A stretch of 64,000 nucleotides of DNA from Candidatus Eiseniibacteriota bacterium (GTDB lineage: Bacteria; Eisenbacteria; RBG-16-71-46; JABDJR01), in the NCBI GenBank assembly GCA_963783375.1, contig CAWANH010000029.1, forward strand, positions 1,568,001 through 1,632,000, read 5' to 3'. Below the pieces are notes generated by a model, which saw only the letters and a program-made list of their open reading frames with translations, searched no databases and had not been told where the DNA came from. Both the position numbers and the translations under genes were made by a program. This document shows positions 1 through 9,540 of the stretch, one piece after another. Position 1 is the first letter of the stretch; each line of letters opens with the position of its first letter.

Positions 1-3
1 CGC

Positions 4-576
4 GTGTTGCTCCTGGGCTATTCCATGGGCGGCCACCTCGTGCTGCGTTACGCAGCCGGGCGGGTGGATCCGCGGGTCCTTGCCGCCGCCGCGGTTTCCG
101 CCCCCCTCGATCTCGACCGTTCGGCCCGCTGGTTGGATGAGCGGGTGAGCGGGCTCTACCGGCGCCACGTGCTCCGCGCCCTGTTCGAGATGATCGAGGC
201 GGTGGGCCGGAGACGGCCTCTCCCCGTCCCCTTCGACGAGGTCCGCCTCGTCCGCCGCATCCGGGAGTTCGACCGGCGGACGGTGGTCCCGCGCTTCGGA
301 TTCGCCGACCCCGAGGACTACTACGTCTCGCAGAGCGCAGCCCGCGGTCTGGCGGATCTGCGGGTGCCGTCGCTCTACGTGGGAAGCCGAGCCGACCCCA
401 TGGTCCCGCCCGAATCGGTGACCCCGGCGCTCACCGATCCGCCGGAGGCGCTGGAAGTGCGCTGGCTCTCCGCCGGGGGGCACATGGGATTTCCCGGGGG
501 GACGGACCTGGGGCTCAATGCCCCGCGGGGTCTGGAGTCCCAGGTCCTGGCCTGGCTCGCTCGCGCGTCGGGGTGA
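4..576 (+). CDS. Alpha/beta hydrolase, YheT-like esterase (5' end probably upstream of the window)
   Basis: GYSMGG nucleophile elbow, DPMVP acid motif and GGHMGF histidine motif; ORF begins at the window edge. Confidence 0.8.
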   Translation: MLLLGYSMGGHLVLRYAAGRVDPRVLAAAAVSAPLDLDRSARWLDERVSGLYRRHVLRALFEMIEAVGRRRPLPVPFDEVRLVRRIREFDRRTVVPRFGFADPEDYYVSQSAARGLADLRVPSLYVGSRADPMVPPESVTPALTDPPEALEVRWLSAGGHMGFPGGTDLGLNAPRGLESQVLAWLARASG

Positions 577-727
577 GGGGGGCCGGGGTCCCGGGAGCCG
601 ATCGGCCGTCGAAGCGGGGCCCCCGTGAACGGTCCGGTGCTAGGATGGGGGAAGAACGGTCCGATCACGCGACCGGCGTCGCGGCGGTCCGGCGACCGCA
701 CGCCGATCGCGTTCGGGGAGGAATACC

Positions 728-1141
728 ATGGCCCTGAACATTCGTCGTGTGGAGTACTTCTATACCAGCGTTCACGATCGCCTCGGCGAGGCCTACCGGC
801 TGCTCTCCAAGCTCGCCAGCGAGGAGGTGAACCTCCTCGTCTTCAGCGCCGTACCCATGGGGACCGCCAACACCCAGCTCGTGCTCTTCCCGGAGAACGT
901 CGAGCGCATGATCCGGGCGGCGGACAAGGCGGGCCTGACCCTGATCGGCCCCCAGCACGCCCTGCTCGTTCAGGGCGACGACGAGCTGGGCGCCCTGGCC
1001 GACGTCCACGGCCGCCTCTACGACGCGAAGACCAACGTCTACGCGTCTCACGGGGTCACCGACGGCAAGGGATGCTTCGGCTACGTCCTCTACGTCGCCG
1101 AGGAGGACTTCGAGCGGGCGGCCACCGCGCTGGGGGTCTGA
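728..1141 (+). CDS. Small ACT-domain-like protein
   Basis: 137 aa with two ACT-like repeats (VHDRLGEAYRLL; GDDELGALADV); GGAGG RBS upstream. Confidence 0.65.
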   Translation: MALNIRRVEYFYTSVHDRLGEAYRLLSKLASEEVNLLVFSAVPMGTANTQLVLFPENVERMIRAADKAGLTLIGPQHALLVQGDDELGALADVHGRLYDAKTNVYASHGVTDGKGCFGYVLYVAEEDFERAATALGV

Positions 1142-1142
1142 G

Positions 1143-1242
1143 CCGGCGGGTTCGGGACTCCGGTTCGGCCGCGCCGGGGCCGGTCGTGCTACGCGTCCGC
1201 TCGCTCTCCCGCGGGACCGGCCCGGCGGGTTCGGGACTCCGG
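1143..1242. repeat. 21-bp direct repeat CCGGCGGGTTCGGGACTCCGG, two copies (1143-1163, 1222-1242)
   Basis: Read directly, at the junction of two convergent genes. Confidence 0.6.
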
Positions 1243-2121
1243 CCGGCCCGCGGGCGTCGGTCCGCTGTCCCGGGCATCCGGTATCCGCCGTGACCGCTTG
1301 AACACCCCGTGCGGATCGAGCTCGAAGTGATAGAGCTTGGCCACTTCGAACTCCAGCTTGCGGAGCGGGGTGGCGCGCTGGATGGCCACGGCCAGGAGCG
1401 CCCCCACCAGGGGACCCGCCGCGTATACCCACGCGTCCCGCCAGACACCGGACACCACCGCCGGCCCGAGGCTTCGCGCCGGGTTCGTGCTGGTGCCGGA
1501 AATCGGGGCCTCGAGGTAGACGAGCACCGCGTAGAGGATGGGAAAGAGCAGCGGGGTGTAGGCGCGAACCCGGCGGTGTCCCAGAAACACGAAAAGAAGG
1601 GCCACCAGAGCAAAGGTGGCTCCGGCTTCTCCGGCCAGGGCGGTGACGGAGCCGATGCCGGGACCAGGGAGGGTGGCGGCGAAATCGACGCCCTGTCCGA
1701 TCCGCCCCCAGAGGAGGAGCGGCGCCGCCCCGGCGAGCCCACCCGCGAGCTGGGCCAGGATATAGCCCAGGGCGTGGCCGCCGCCCATCTTGCCGCGGAG
1801 CCGGAACGCCAGGGTGACCGCGGGATTGATGTGGGCCCCGCTCTCCTTCCCCACCCAGGATACGGCGATCAGCGCGCCGGTGGTGCCGAACAGGAATCCG
1901 GTCACGAGCCGGCGGAGGCCGGGGTCGGGGATCCAGTTCGGGACCGGGCTTCCGGCGCCGAAGTCCGCGATCACCACCGAACAGCCGATCGCCACCAGGA
2001 GTGCGGTGCCGACGAACTCCGAGATGAAGAGGACAGGCGGCAGTTTCACGGGGCCGGGTCCAACCCTCCGGTGGCTTCCGATCCCGCTGTAGGGACGAGG
2101 CTCCGGCGACCGGACGGTCAT
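1189..2121 (-). CDS. Aquaporin / MIP family channel (start uncertain)
   Basis: SGAHINPAVT and STNPARSLGP NPA boxes, hydrophobic helices, EFVGT N-terminal motif. Confidence 0.9.
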   Translation of the reverse strand: MTVRSPEPRPYSGIGSHRRVGPGPVKLPPVLFISEFVGTALLVAIGCSVVIADFGAGSPVPNWIPDPGLRRLVTGFLFGTTGALIAVSWVGKESGAHINPAVTLAFRLRGKMGGGHALGYILAQLAGGLAGAAPLLLWGRIGQGVDFAATLPGPGIGSVTALAGEAGATFALVALLFVFLGHRRVRAYTPLLFPILYAVLVYLEAPISGTSTNPARSLGPAVVSGVWRDAWVYAAGPLVGALLAVAIQRATPLRKLEFEVAKLYHFELDPHGVFKRSRRIPDARDSGPTPAGRPESRTRRAGPAGERADA

Positions 2122-2535
2122 TCGGCCGCCGAACTCACTCGCTCCTACCGCGATTCACCACACCACCGACCAGGAAAACGACTGAGAAGACGATGCTCAG
2201 CACACCCTCCACGATTCTGGAACCGGTGATCTGGTAAACCGCGATCGCGAGAGAAGCCACGCTGCATGTGAGCAGCGCGATCGACAGCGTCCTCTTGTTC
2301 ATGATCCCCCTCCCAGGGACTGCCGGGATCCCCTCCTGTCATGCCGAACCCAGGCTTCCGACATCCGAGGGAACACCACACCCGGCCGCCGGCACGATGC
2401 CCGAAGTGTACTCCGGATCGGAGCCATCACGGAAGGTTTGCATTGGCGAATCCGAGCTGAACGCGACGCGAACCGGCCTCGACGGACGTTTCGCCATCGG
2501 GCGGCGGACCGGCCCGGTTCATGCCCACCTGCTGG

Positions 2536-2700
2536 CGGAATTGCATCCGGGTGTAACTCGTTCGCAAGAAAACTTCGCCCGCGTTCCCCCGGGGAAGCAC
2601 GGTTGGCAACGAAGAACTCCCGGGACGGTACACGTCCCCGGGCGGCCTCCGGATCGTTCACGGGCGGGCCCCCCCCGCGGGTACACCCAGGTGAACGGCC
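2536..2700. repeat. Cluster of CCCGGG-centred palindromes related to the 37.7-38.1 kb array
   Basis: TTGCATCCGGGTGTAA, TTCCCCCGGGGAAGCACGGTT and GTACACCCAGGTGAAC; shares CCCCGGGGAAGCACGGTT and GTTCGCAAGAAA with the second array. Confidence 0.6.
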
Positions 2701-2839
2701 TGCCCGGCGAACGTGCGCGCCTCTCACCGGATCCGCCCGGGCTCCGGGGTCGGCTGCCCCCCATTTCCCCGGCCCCGAGCGCCCGCCCCGCGCTACACTC
2801 GTGATCCTGGCCCGTAACCTGGAACCCGGGGGACTCGTC

Positions 2840-3613
2840 ATGAAAACAATTCGGGTGGCGGCGCTCATGCTGTGCTCCGTGCTCCTCACGTCCTGCTCCG
2901 AGGCCTCGGCGCCGCGAACGCAACCGGTGCTGGTGGAGCTCTTCACCTCCCAGGGCTGCTCGAGCTGTCCCCCCGCCGACAGCCTCCTGGAGCGGTTGGC
3001 CGCGAGCCCGGAGTACCGCGACCGGATCATCCCCCTCGCCCTTCACGTGGATTACTGGGACCGGCTCGGCTGGACCGACCCTCTGGGTCGGGCGGACTTC
3101 GCCGACCGCCAGCGCGCGTACGCGAAGCGCCTCTCCCCCACCAAGCTCTATACCCCCGAGCTGGTGGTGAACGGAGCCGGGGAGTGCATCGGGGACGATG
3201 AGTCGGCGGCGCGCGAACTCATCGACGGGGCGCTGGCCGTCGAGTCCCCGGGCCGGGTAACGCTGACCCGGCTCCCCGCGAAGCACGATTCGCTCCGGGT
3301 GCGGGTCGAGGCGGAGACGCACGCTGCGCCGGGAGACACCCTGGACGTCCTGGTGGCGATCTACGAGTCCGGGCTCGTGACCGCGATCACCGAAGGGGAG
3401 AACGCGGGGAAGACGCTTTCCGACGCGTTCGCGGTCCGGACGCTGGTGCCGGCGTTCACGCTCCCGGCGGCGGCGCCCCGGCGGGGCTCGGCCGTGCTCG
3501 CGGTGCCGCTGGGCCCCGCCTGGAATCCGGCGCGTCTCGGGGCGGCGGCGTTCATCCAGGACCGGAAGACCCTGGCGATCACCGGGGCCGCGCTCTCGCC
3601 CGCCGCCGACTGA
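2840..3613 (+). CDS. DUF1223 thioredoxin-like exported protein
   Basis: VELFTSQGCSSCPPAD, HVDYWD.LGW.D and YTPELVVNG motifs; signal/lipoprotein peptide from ATG 2840. Confidence 0.9.
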   Translation: MKTIRVAALMLCSVLLTSCSEASAPRTQPVLVELFTSQGCSSCPPADSLLERLAASPEYRDRIIPLALHVDYWDRLGWTDPLGRADFADRQRAYAKRLSPTKLYTPELVVNGAGECIGDDESAARELIDGALAVESPGRVTLTRLPAKHDSLRVRVEAETHAAPGDTLDVLVAIYESGLVTAITEGENAGKTLSDAFAVRTLVPAFTLPAAAPRRGSAVLAVPLGPAWNPARLGAAAFIQDRKTLAITGAALSPAAD

Positions 3614-3828
3614 CCCGGTCCGCCCGCGCTCCCGCCGAGCAACGGCGCCGGGACCCCAACGGACCGGGTTCCCCCCGAACAGGCCTTTTCCCCTTCTGCC
3701 CCCGACGGCGAGACTCTATAGTGGTTCCCCGGCCGTCGGTACCGGTCGCCGGGGCGGTTCTCCACCGGTACCGGTCGCCGGCCGCGCGCCGTGCCGTCCC
3801 GGCGCGAAAACCCTAGGAAACCAAGCGC

Positions 3829-5895
3829 ATGAAGTCCCAGGACCCCGCCAATTCCCCCGGCCTGCTCCCCCCACCGGACGTGAACCCGCGGCGGGACCCG
3901 CCCCTGGACTTTCCCGACCGGGACCTGGGGAAGATGACCGCCGACGACTACCGCTCGCTGGGGTTCATGTCCGGCCTGGAGGTGCACCAGCAGCTCCGGA
4001 CCCGGACCAAGCTCTTCTGCCGTTGTCCCTCCGGCCGCTACGTGGACCACTACGACGCCGAAGTGCTCCGCCACATGCGCCCCACCCTGAGCGAGCTGGG
4101 CGAGTACGACGGCACCGCGCTCATGGAGTTCAAGACCCGCAAGGAAATCGTCTACCAGCTCGAGCGCAGCACGGTCTGCACCTATGAGATCGACGATACC
4201 CCCCCCTTCGTGATCGACGAGGAATCGATCCGGGTGGCGCTGGAGATTTCCCTCCTCTTCAACCTGAACCTGGTGAGCGAGATCCACGTCATGCGGAAGC
4301 AATACCTGGACGGGTCCATCCCCACCGGGTTCCAGCGGACGGCGATGATGGGCCTGGCCGGAACCGTCCCCTTCCGGGTCCCCGAGCTCGGGGTGGACCG
4401 GGAGCTCCGCATCCGGCAGCTCTCGTTGGAGGAGGACGCCTGCCGCGAGATCTCGGATGTCGGACACCGCGTCACCTTCCGCACCGATCGGTTGGGGATG
4501 CCGCTCACCGAGGTGGTCACCGAGCCGGAGATGCTCACCCCCTGGGAGCTCCAGGCGGGGGCGCGGCTCATCGCCCGGACCACCCGGGTGTCGGGAAAGG
4601 TCCGGCGGGGTCCCGGCGCCGCCCGCCAGGACGTGAACGTCTCGGTGGCCGGAGGTCGCCGGATCGAGATCAAGGGGGTGGACAGCCATCGCCGGCTCCC
4701 CCTCCTGGTCCACGTCGAGGCGTTCCGGCAGCTGAACCTGCTCCGGGTCCGGGCCGAGCTGCTCCGGCGCGGGGTGGACGGGACCGGCCTCGCCGTCCCC
4801 GACGGCGGCCGGGCGTGGGAAACCTCTCCCCTGGCGCTCGGCGCCGGTTCGATCCTGAAGCGCTCCGACTACGCGCCCCTCCGCGACGCCCTGGACCGCG
4901 GCGAGACCGCGGGGGCCATCCGCCTTCCCGGCTTCGCCGGGCTGCTCCTTCATCGCACCCAGCCCGGGGTGACCTTCGCCAACGAGCTGGCCGACCGTGT
5001 GCGGGTGGTCGCGTGCCTCACCTCGCGGCCCTTCATGATCCACTCCGACCTCGAAGGGTACGGGATCTCCCACGCGGAGTGGCGCCAGATCAGGACCGCC
5101 CTCAAGGCCGGCCCCGAAGACTCCATGGTGGTGGTGTGGGGACCGGAACGCGACGTGGACACCGCGCTCCGCGAGGTGGCGATCCGGGCCCGCGAGGCCG
5201 TGGACGGCATCCCTGCCGAGACCCGGCAGTCCTACCCCGACGGCACCACCGGCTTCGAGCGGATCCTCCCCGGGGCCGACCGGATGTACCCCGACACCGA
5301 CACCCCGCCCGTCCCCATCCCCGATCCCTGGGTGGAGGCGATCCGGCTCGCCGAGCGCCCCTGGGAACGGGAGGCCCGGTACCGGGCCCTGGGGCTCGCC
5401 GACGCGGCCGCGCGCCGGCTGGCCGGCGCGTCCTGGGCGGATCTCTTCGACGCCCTGGCCCCGTCGGAAGGGGCGATGGCGAGGCGGCTGGCGTCGGCGC
5501 TGGAGACGCGCCTTCCTCATCTCCGCCGCCGCGGTGCGCGCCTCCCCGACGCCGCGCGCCTGGCTCCCTTGATCGAAGCCCTCGCCGCCGGCACGGTCCG
5601 GATGGAAGCGGCGGAACGCGCGCTCGACCGGCTGGTCACCGAACCCGAGGTTCCCTCCGGGAGCGTGCTCGCCGCCTTCACCCCCGGGCCCGGGGACGCC
5701 GCGGAACTCGACGGCCTGGTGCGGCGGGCGGTGGAACGGTCCGCTCCGCTCCGCGGCAAGCCGCACGACGTCGTGCTTCGATGGGCGATGGGCGAGGTCA
5801 TGCCGTCGGTGATCGGCCGCGCCGACCCGGCCGCGGTGCGCGCCCGCCTCGAGGCCGCCCTGGCCCCGGTCATGGAGGATGCGAATCGTGGATGA
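3829..5895 (+). CDS. gatE: Glu-tRNA(Gln) amidotransferase subunit E (archaeal type)
   Basis: GLEVHQQL..KLFCRCP, RPTLSELGEYD, MRKQYLDGS.PTGFQRT, LEEDACR, DRLGMPL.E, RQDVNVS, AspRS-like insertion, LPGADRMYPDTD, YqeY-like tail. Confidence 0.92.
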   Translation: MKSQDPANSPGLLPPPDVNPRRDPPLDFPDRDLGKMTADDYRSLGFMSGLEVHQQLRTRTKLFCRCPSGRYVDHYDAEVLRHMRPTLSELGEYDGTALMEFKTRKEIVYQLERSTVCTYEIDDTPPFVIDEESIRVALEISLLFNLNLVSEIHVMRKQYLDGSIPTGFQRTAMMGLAGTVPFRVPELGVDRELRIRQLSLEEDACREISDVGHRVTFRTDRLGMPLTEVVTEPEMLTPWELQAGARLIARTTRVSGKVRRGPGAARQDVNVSVAGGRRIEIKGVDSHRRLPLLVHVEAFRQLNLLRVRAELLRRGVDGTGLAVPDGGRAWETSPLALGAGSILKRSDYAPLRDALDRGETAGAIRLPGFAGLLLHRTQPGVTFANELADRVRVVACLTSRPFMIHSDLEGYGISHAEWRQIRTALKAGPEDSMVVVWGPERDVDTALREVAIRAREAVDGIPAETRQSYPDGTTGFERILPGADRMYPDTDTPPVPIPDPWVEAIRLAERPWEREARYRALGLADAAARRLAGASWADLFDALAPSEGAMARRLASALETRLPHLRRRGARLPDAARLAPLIEALAAGTVRMEAAERALDRLVTEPEVPSGSVLAAFTPGPGDAAELDGLVRRAVERSAPLRGKPHDVVLRWAMGEVMPSVIGRADPAAVRARLEAALAPVMEDANRG

Positions 5896-7276
5896 CGACC
5901 GCTACAAGGGCTACCGCGAACCCACCCGGGGGGTCATGAAGCGACACGACGTGACGGTGTGGTCGATCGTGACCGCCCATACCACCCGCGGAGACTTCCG
6001 CGGGCTCGTGCTGCCCCGCTCCGAGACCTCGGACGCCGATCACCTGGTCCTCAAGTTGAACACCGGCTACAACGTGGGTCTCCGTCACGACACCATCACC
6101 GGATTCGAGATCGAGGGGTTCAAGGAAGCCCACTACAAGATCCCCGAGCAGGAGTTCCCGGTGAGCCCGGACAAGCCGTCGGTGAAGCTGTTCGGGACCG
6201 GGGGCACCATCGCCTCCCGGCTCGACTACCGGACCGGCGCGGTCATCCCCGCCTTCAGCCCCGGCGAACTCTACGGCTCGGTGCCGGAGCTGGCCGACAT
6301 CTGCAACCTGGAGACCGAGAAGCTGTTCGGGGTGTTCTCGGAGAACATGGGACCCGAGCAGTACCTGGTCCTGGCCGAGCGGGTCGGCGAGGCGATCCGC
6401 GAGGGCTTCGCGGGGGTGGTGGTCGGCCACGGCACCGACACCATGCACCACACCGCCGCCGCCCTGAGCTTCATGGTCCAGAACCCGCCGGTTCCGGTGG
6501 TCATGGTGGGAAGCCAGCGGTCCTCGGACCGGCCCTCGTCCGACGCGGCCCAGAACCTCATCAACGCCACCTGGGCCGCGGCCCGGGGAACGATCGCCGA
6601 GGTCATGGTCTGCATGTTCGGCCCCACCTCCGACCGCTACAACCTGCTCCACCGCGGCACCCGGGTCCGGAAGATGCACAGCTCCTACCGGAGCACCTTC
6701 CGCACCGTCGGAGACATCCCGCTGGCCATGGTGGAGGAAGGCCGGATCACCCCTCTCAAGACCGACTACGCACTCCGCCGCGACGACCGCGAGGCCCGGG
6801 TGCAGGCGGTGTTCGAGGAGCGGGTGACCCTCCTCTACTACTACCCCAACATGCAGCCCGACGTGATCGACGCCCTCATCGACAAGGGGTACAAGGGGAT
6901 CATCATCGCGGGCACCGGCCTCGGCCACGTGAACCGCAAGGTCTACCCGGCGCTGGAACGGGCGCGGGCGGCCGGAGTCCTGGTGTTCATGACCCTTCAG
7001 ACCCTGTGGGGTTTCGTGCAGATGCACGTCTACGAGACCGGGCGGGAGATCCTGGGGTTGGGGGTGGTGCCCCTGGCCAACATGCTCCCCGAGACCGCCT
7101 ACATCAAGCTGGGCTGGGCCCTGGGGATGCACCCGGACGATCCCGAGGCGGCGGCGCGGCTCATGACCACCCCCATCGCCTCGGACATGACCGAGCGCGA
7201 GCCCCACGACGGGTATCTCATCTTCCAGGGCGGGGTGCCGGAGATCCAGGAGTTCCTGGGAAAGATCTGGAAGTAG
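5888..7276 (+). CDS. gatD: Glu-tRNA(Gln) amidotransferase subunit D (asparaginase-like glutaminase)
   Basis: GatD N-domain LVLKLNTGYNVG, then GTGGTIASRLDYRTGAV, HGTDTM, SQRSSDRPSSDA, RKMHSSYRSTF, GTGLGH; GTG 5888 follows GGAGG and overlaps the gatE stop. Confidence 0.92.
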   Translation: MDDDRYKGYREPTRGVMKRHDVTVWSIVTAHTTRGDFRGLVLPRSETSDADHLVLKLNTGYNVGLRHDTITGFEIEGFKEAHYKIPEQEFPVSPDKPSVKLFGTGGTIASRLDYRTGAVIPAFSPGELYGSVPELADICNLETEKLFGVFSENMGPEQYLVLAERVGEAIREGFAGVVVGHGTDTMHHTAAALSFMVQNPPVPVVMVGSQRSSDRPSSDAAQNLINATWAAARGTIAEVMVCMFGPTSDRYNLLHRGTRVRKMHSSYRSTFRTVGDIPLAMVEEGRITPLKTDYALRRDDREARVQAVFEERVTLLYYYPNMQPDVIDALIDKGYKGIIIAGTGLGHVNRKVYPALERARAAGVLVFMTLQTLWGFVQMHVYETGREILGLGVVPLANMLPETAYIKLGWALGMHPDDPEAAARLMTTPIASDMTEREPHDGYLIFQGGVPEIQEFLGKIWK

Positions 7277-7297
7277 GAACCGCGGCGGGAGCGGATC

Positions 7298-7972
7298 ATG
7301 CGCATTCTCCTGATCGAAGACGACGAGCCCACCCGATCGCTGATCCGGCGTTCCCTCACCGCCCGCGGGCACTCGGTCCAGGAGGCGGATCGCGCGGCGA
7401 CCGGCGACGACCTGGCCCGAAGCGAGGAGTTCGACGTTCTCATCATCGACATCCAGCTTCCGGACGGAGACGGCCTGGACATCTGCCGCCGGCTTCGCCG
7501 TGACGGGGTGAGCGTTCCCATCCTGTTCCTGACCGCCCGGGGGGAAGTGGGCGACCGGGTGGCCGGGCTGGACGCCGGGGCGGACGATTACCTCAGGAAG
7601 CCCTTCGCGCTCGCCGAACTCGACGCGCGGGTGCGCGCCCTGGGGCGCCGGCGGGGAGCCGCCCCCCCCGCGCGCATGGAAGCGGCCGGGCTGGAGATCG
7701 ACTTCACCGCTCGCGTCCTCCGCCGGGACGGCTCGGAAATCCCGATGACCGCCCGGGAGTGGCGGGTCCTGGAGATCCTCGCGTCCCGATCCGGGCGCGT
7801 GGTGCGCCGCGACGACCTGTTGTCCCTGGCCTGGGGGGACGCCGGTCCCTCGGCCTCGGAGAGCCTGGACGTGATCATGAGCCGGATCCGCCGGAAGCTG
7901 GGCCGGAAGGGCGCCGCGAGCCTCATTCGAACGGTCCGCGGCGAAGGGTACGTCCTGGAGGCCCGGGAATGA
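7298..7972 (+). CDS. OmpR-family response regulator
   Basis: RILLIEDD, DIQLPDGDG, LTAR, GADDYLRKPF, winged helix IRTVRGEGY. Confidence 0.95.
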   Translation: MRILLIEDDEPTRSLIRRSLTARGHSVQEADRAATGDDLARSEEFDVLIIDIQLPDGDGLDICRRLRRDGVSVPILFLTARGEVGDRVAGLDAGADDYLRKPFALAELDARVRALGRRRGAAPPARMEAAGLEIDFTARVLRRDGSEIPMTAREWRVLEILASRSGRVVRRDDLLSLAWGDAGPSASESLDVIMSRIRRKLGRKGAASLIRTVRGEGYVLEARE

Positions 7973-9390
7973 GAGGACGTTCCCTGCGCGGCCGGCTGAC
8001 CTTCCTGCACGGATCGGCGATCGGGCTCTCGATGCTCATCTTTGCCGCGTCCGCGGTGTGGGTGACCGGCCACGTGCTGGAGCTGGAGGAGACGCGCGAG
8101 CTGGAGCAGACCTCCCGGAGGATCGGCGCCGACGTCGAGGAGGATCTTTCCCGAGGCGGCGAGCTTCCGGAAGTGGTCCGCGACGCATTGCAGGAGGAGC
8201 CCGTCACCGAAATCCGGATCGACGTCCACGATTCCCGTGGGATCCTCCTCGGTACGACGGGTTCCATGCGCCCGCGCCCGACCCCCTCGGCGAATTCCCC
8301 GGAAACCGGCGCTTCCACGACCACCGCGACCCGCGGGACCGAGGAAAGCCCCCGGCACCACGAACGTTTCGTCTCGACCCGGGGTTTCACGGTGGACGCT
8401 TCGATTCCCGTCGCCAGTCGCCGGCGGAGCATGACCGCGTTGATCCGTGCCCTGGCGCTCACCGGCGTCCCGCTCCTCGTCCTGGTGATTCTGGCCGAGC
8501 GGGTCATCACCACCCGGGCCCTGCGGCCGCTGGAGGACGTGACCCGGCGCGCGGACTCGGCGTCGGCGGAAGCCGGAGTGCGCTCGCTCGGTGAGCCGGT
8601 CGGAATCGACGAGGTGGACCGCCTCACCGCGGCGTTCAACCGGCTCCTGACCGGTCTGGATGACGCCCGCATGCTGGAGCGCCGCTTCGCCGCGGACGCT
8701 TCCCACGAGCTGCGCACCCCCCTGACCGTCCTCCTGGGAGAGTTGGAGCTGGCGGGCTCCGCCGTCCCTCCGGGGACCGCGGCGGCGGAGAGCATCGCCT
8801 CCGCGGGCGCACAGGCCCGGCGCATGAACAACCTGGTGGATGCCCTGCTTCTCCTGCGGCGCCTGAACGAGGAGGGGACCCGGCCCGCCGGAGAGTTCGA
8901 GACCGTGAACCTGGCCGACGTGGCCCGCGACGTGTGCCGCGCGGAGCTCGCCGCGCGACCGGATCGCGCCGGCGATCTGCGGCTCTCCGCGCCGGACGAG
9001 ATCCACGTCCTCGGACACCCGAGCCTTCTCGCCTCCGCCATGACCAACCTGGTGGACAACGCCCTCAAGTTCACCCAAGGCGGCGATGCGGTCGACGTGA
9101 CCCTGGAAGCCGTGGACGGCGAGGTCAGGGCGGTGGTGACCGACCATGGGCGCGGCGTGCCGCCCGCGGAGGTGGGCCGGCTCTTCGATCCGTTCTTCCG
9201 GGGCTCCGAGGCCCGGGCCAAGACCCAGGGCTTCGGACTGGGCCTTCCCCTCCTCCGCCAGGTGGCGCGAGCCCACGGCGGCGACGTGACCTACCGGCCC
9301 GCCCCCTCCGGCGGCGCCCGCTTCATCCTCCGGCTTCCATCGTGGGCGAACCCGCCGCGGACGGCTCCCCTACCCGAAGTCCGCCGGTAA
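7969..9390 (+). CDS. HAMP-domain sensor histidine kinase
   Basis: Two TM segments, H-box ASHELRTPL, N-box NLVDNALKF, G boxes DHGRG and GFGLGL; ATGA overlap with the regulator. Confidence 0.93.
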   Translation: MRGRSLRGRLTFLHGSAIGLSMLIFAASAVWVTGHVLELEETRELEQTSRRIGADVEEDLSRGGELPEVVRDALQEEPVTEIRIDVHDSRGILLGTTGSMRPRPTPSANSPETGASTTTATRGTEESPRHHERFVSTRGFTVDASIPVASRRRSMTALIRALALTGVPLLVLVILAERVITTRALRPLEDVTRRADSASAEAGVRSLGEPVGIDEVDRLTAAFNRLLTGLDDARMLERRFAADASHELRTPLTVLLGELELAGSAVPPGTAAAESIASAGAQARRMNNLVDALLLLRRLNEEGTRPAGEFETVNLADVARDVCRAELAARPDRAGDLRLSAPDEIHVLGHPSLLASAMTNLVDNALKFTQGGDAVDVTLEAVDGEVRAVVTDHGRGVPPAEVGRLFDPFFRGSEARAKTQGFGLGLPLLRQVARAHGGDVTYRPAPSGGARFILRLPSWANPPRTAPLPEVRR

Positions 9391-9540
9391 GCTCAATTCC
9401 TCCCGTTAAGCTGCGGTTCGGACTGGGTTGCTAGGCTGCCCTCATGTGGACCAACGGCGCCGACCGCTCGGAACAAGTCCTCTTCGTTCCGCGTGCTCGA
9501 ATCGCAGGACCCTCACTCATCGTGTATTGAGCTTCCCATC

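Noticed and set aside
3829-7276. Ordinary gatB plus L-asparaginase
   Set aside because: The GatE-specific insertion and SELGE motif, the GatD-specific N-domain and SSDRPSSD motif, and the absence of gatA/gatC here all favour GatDE
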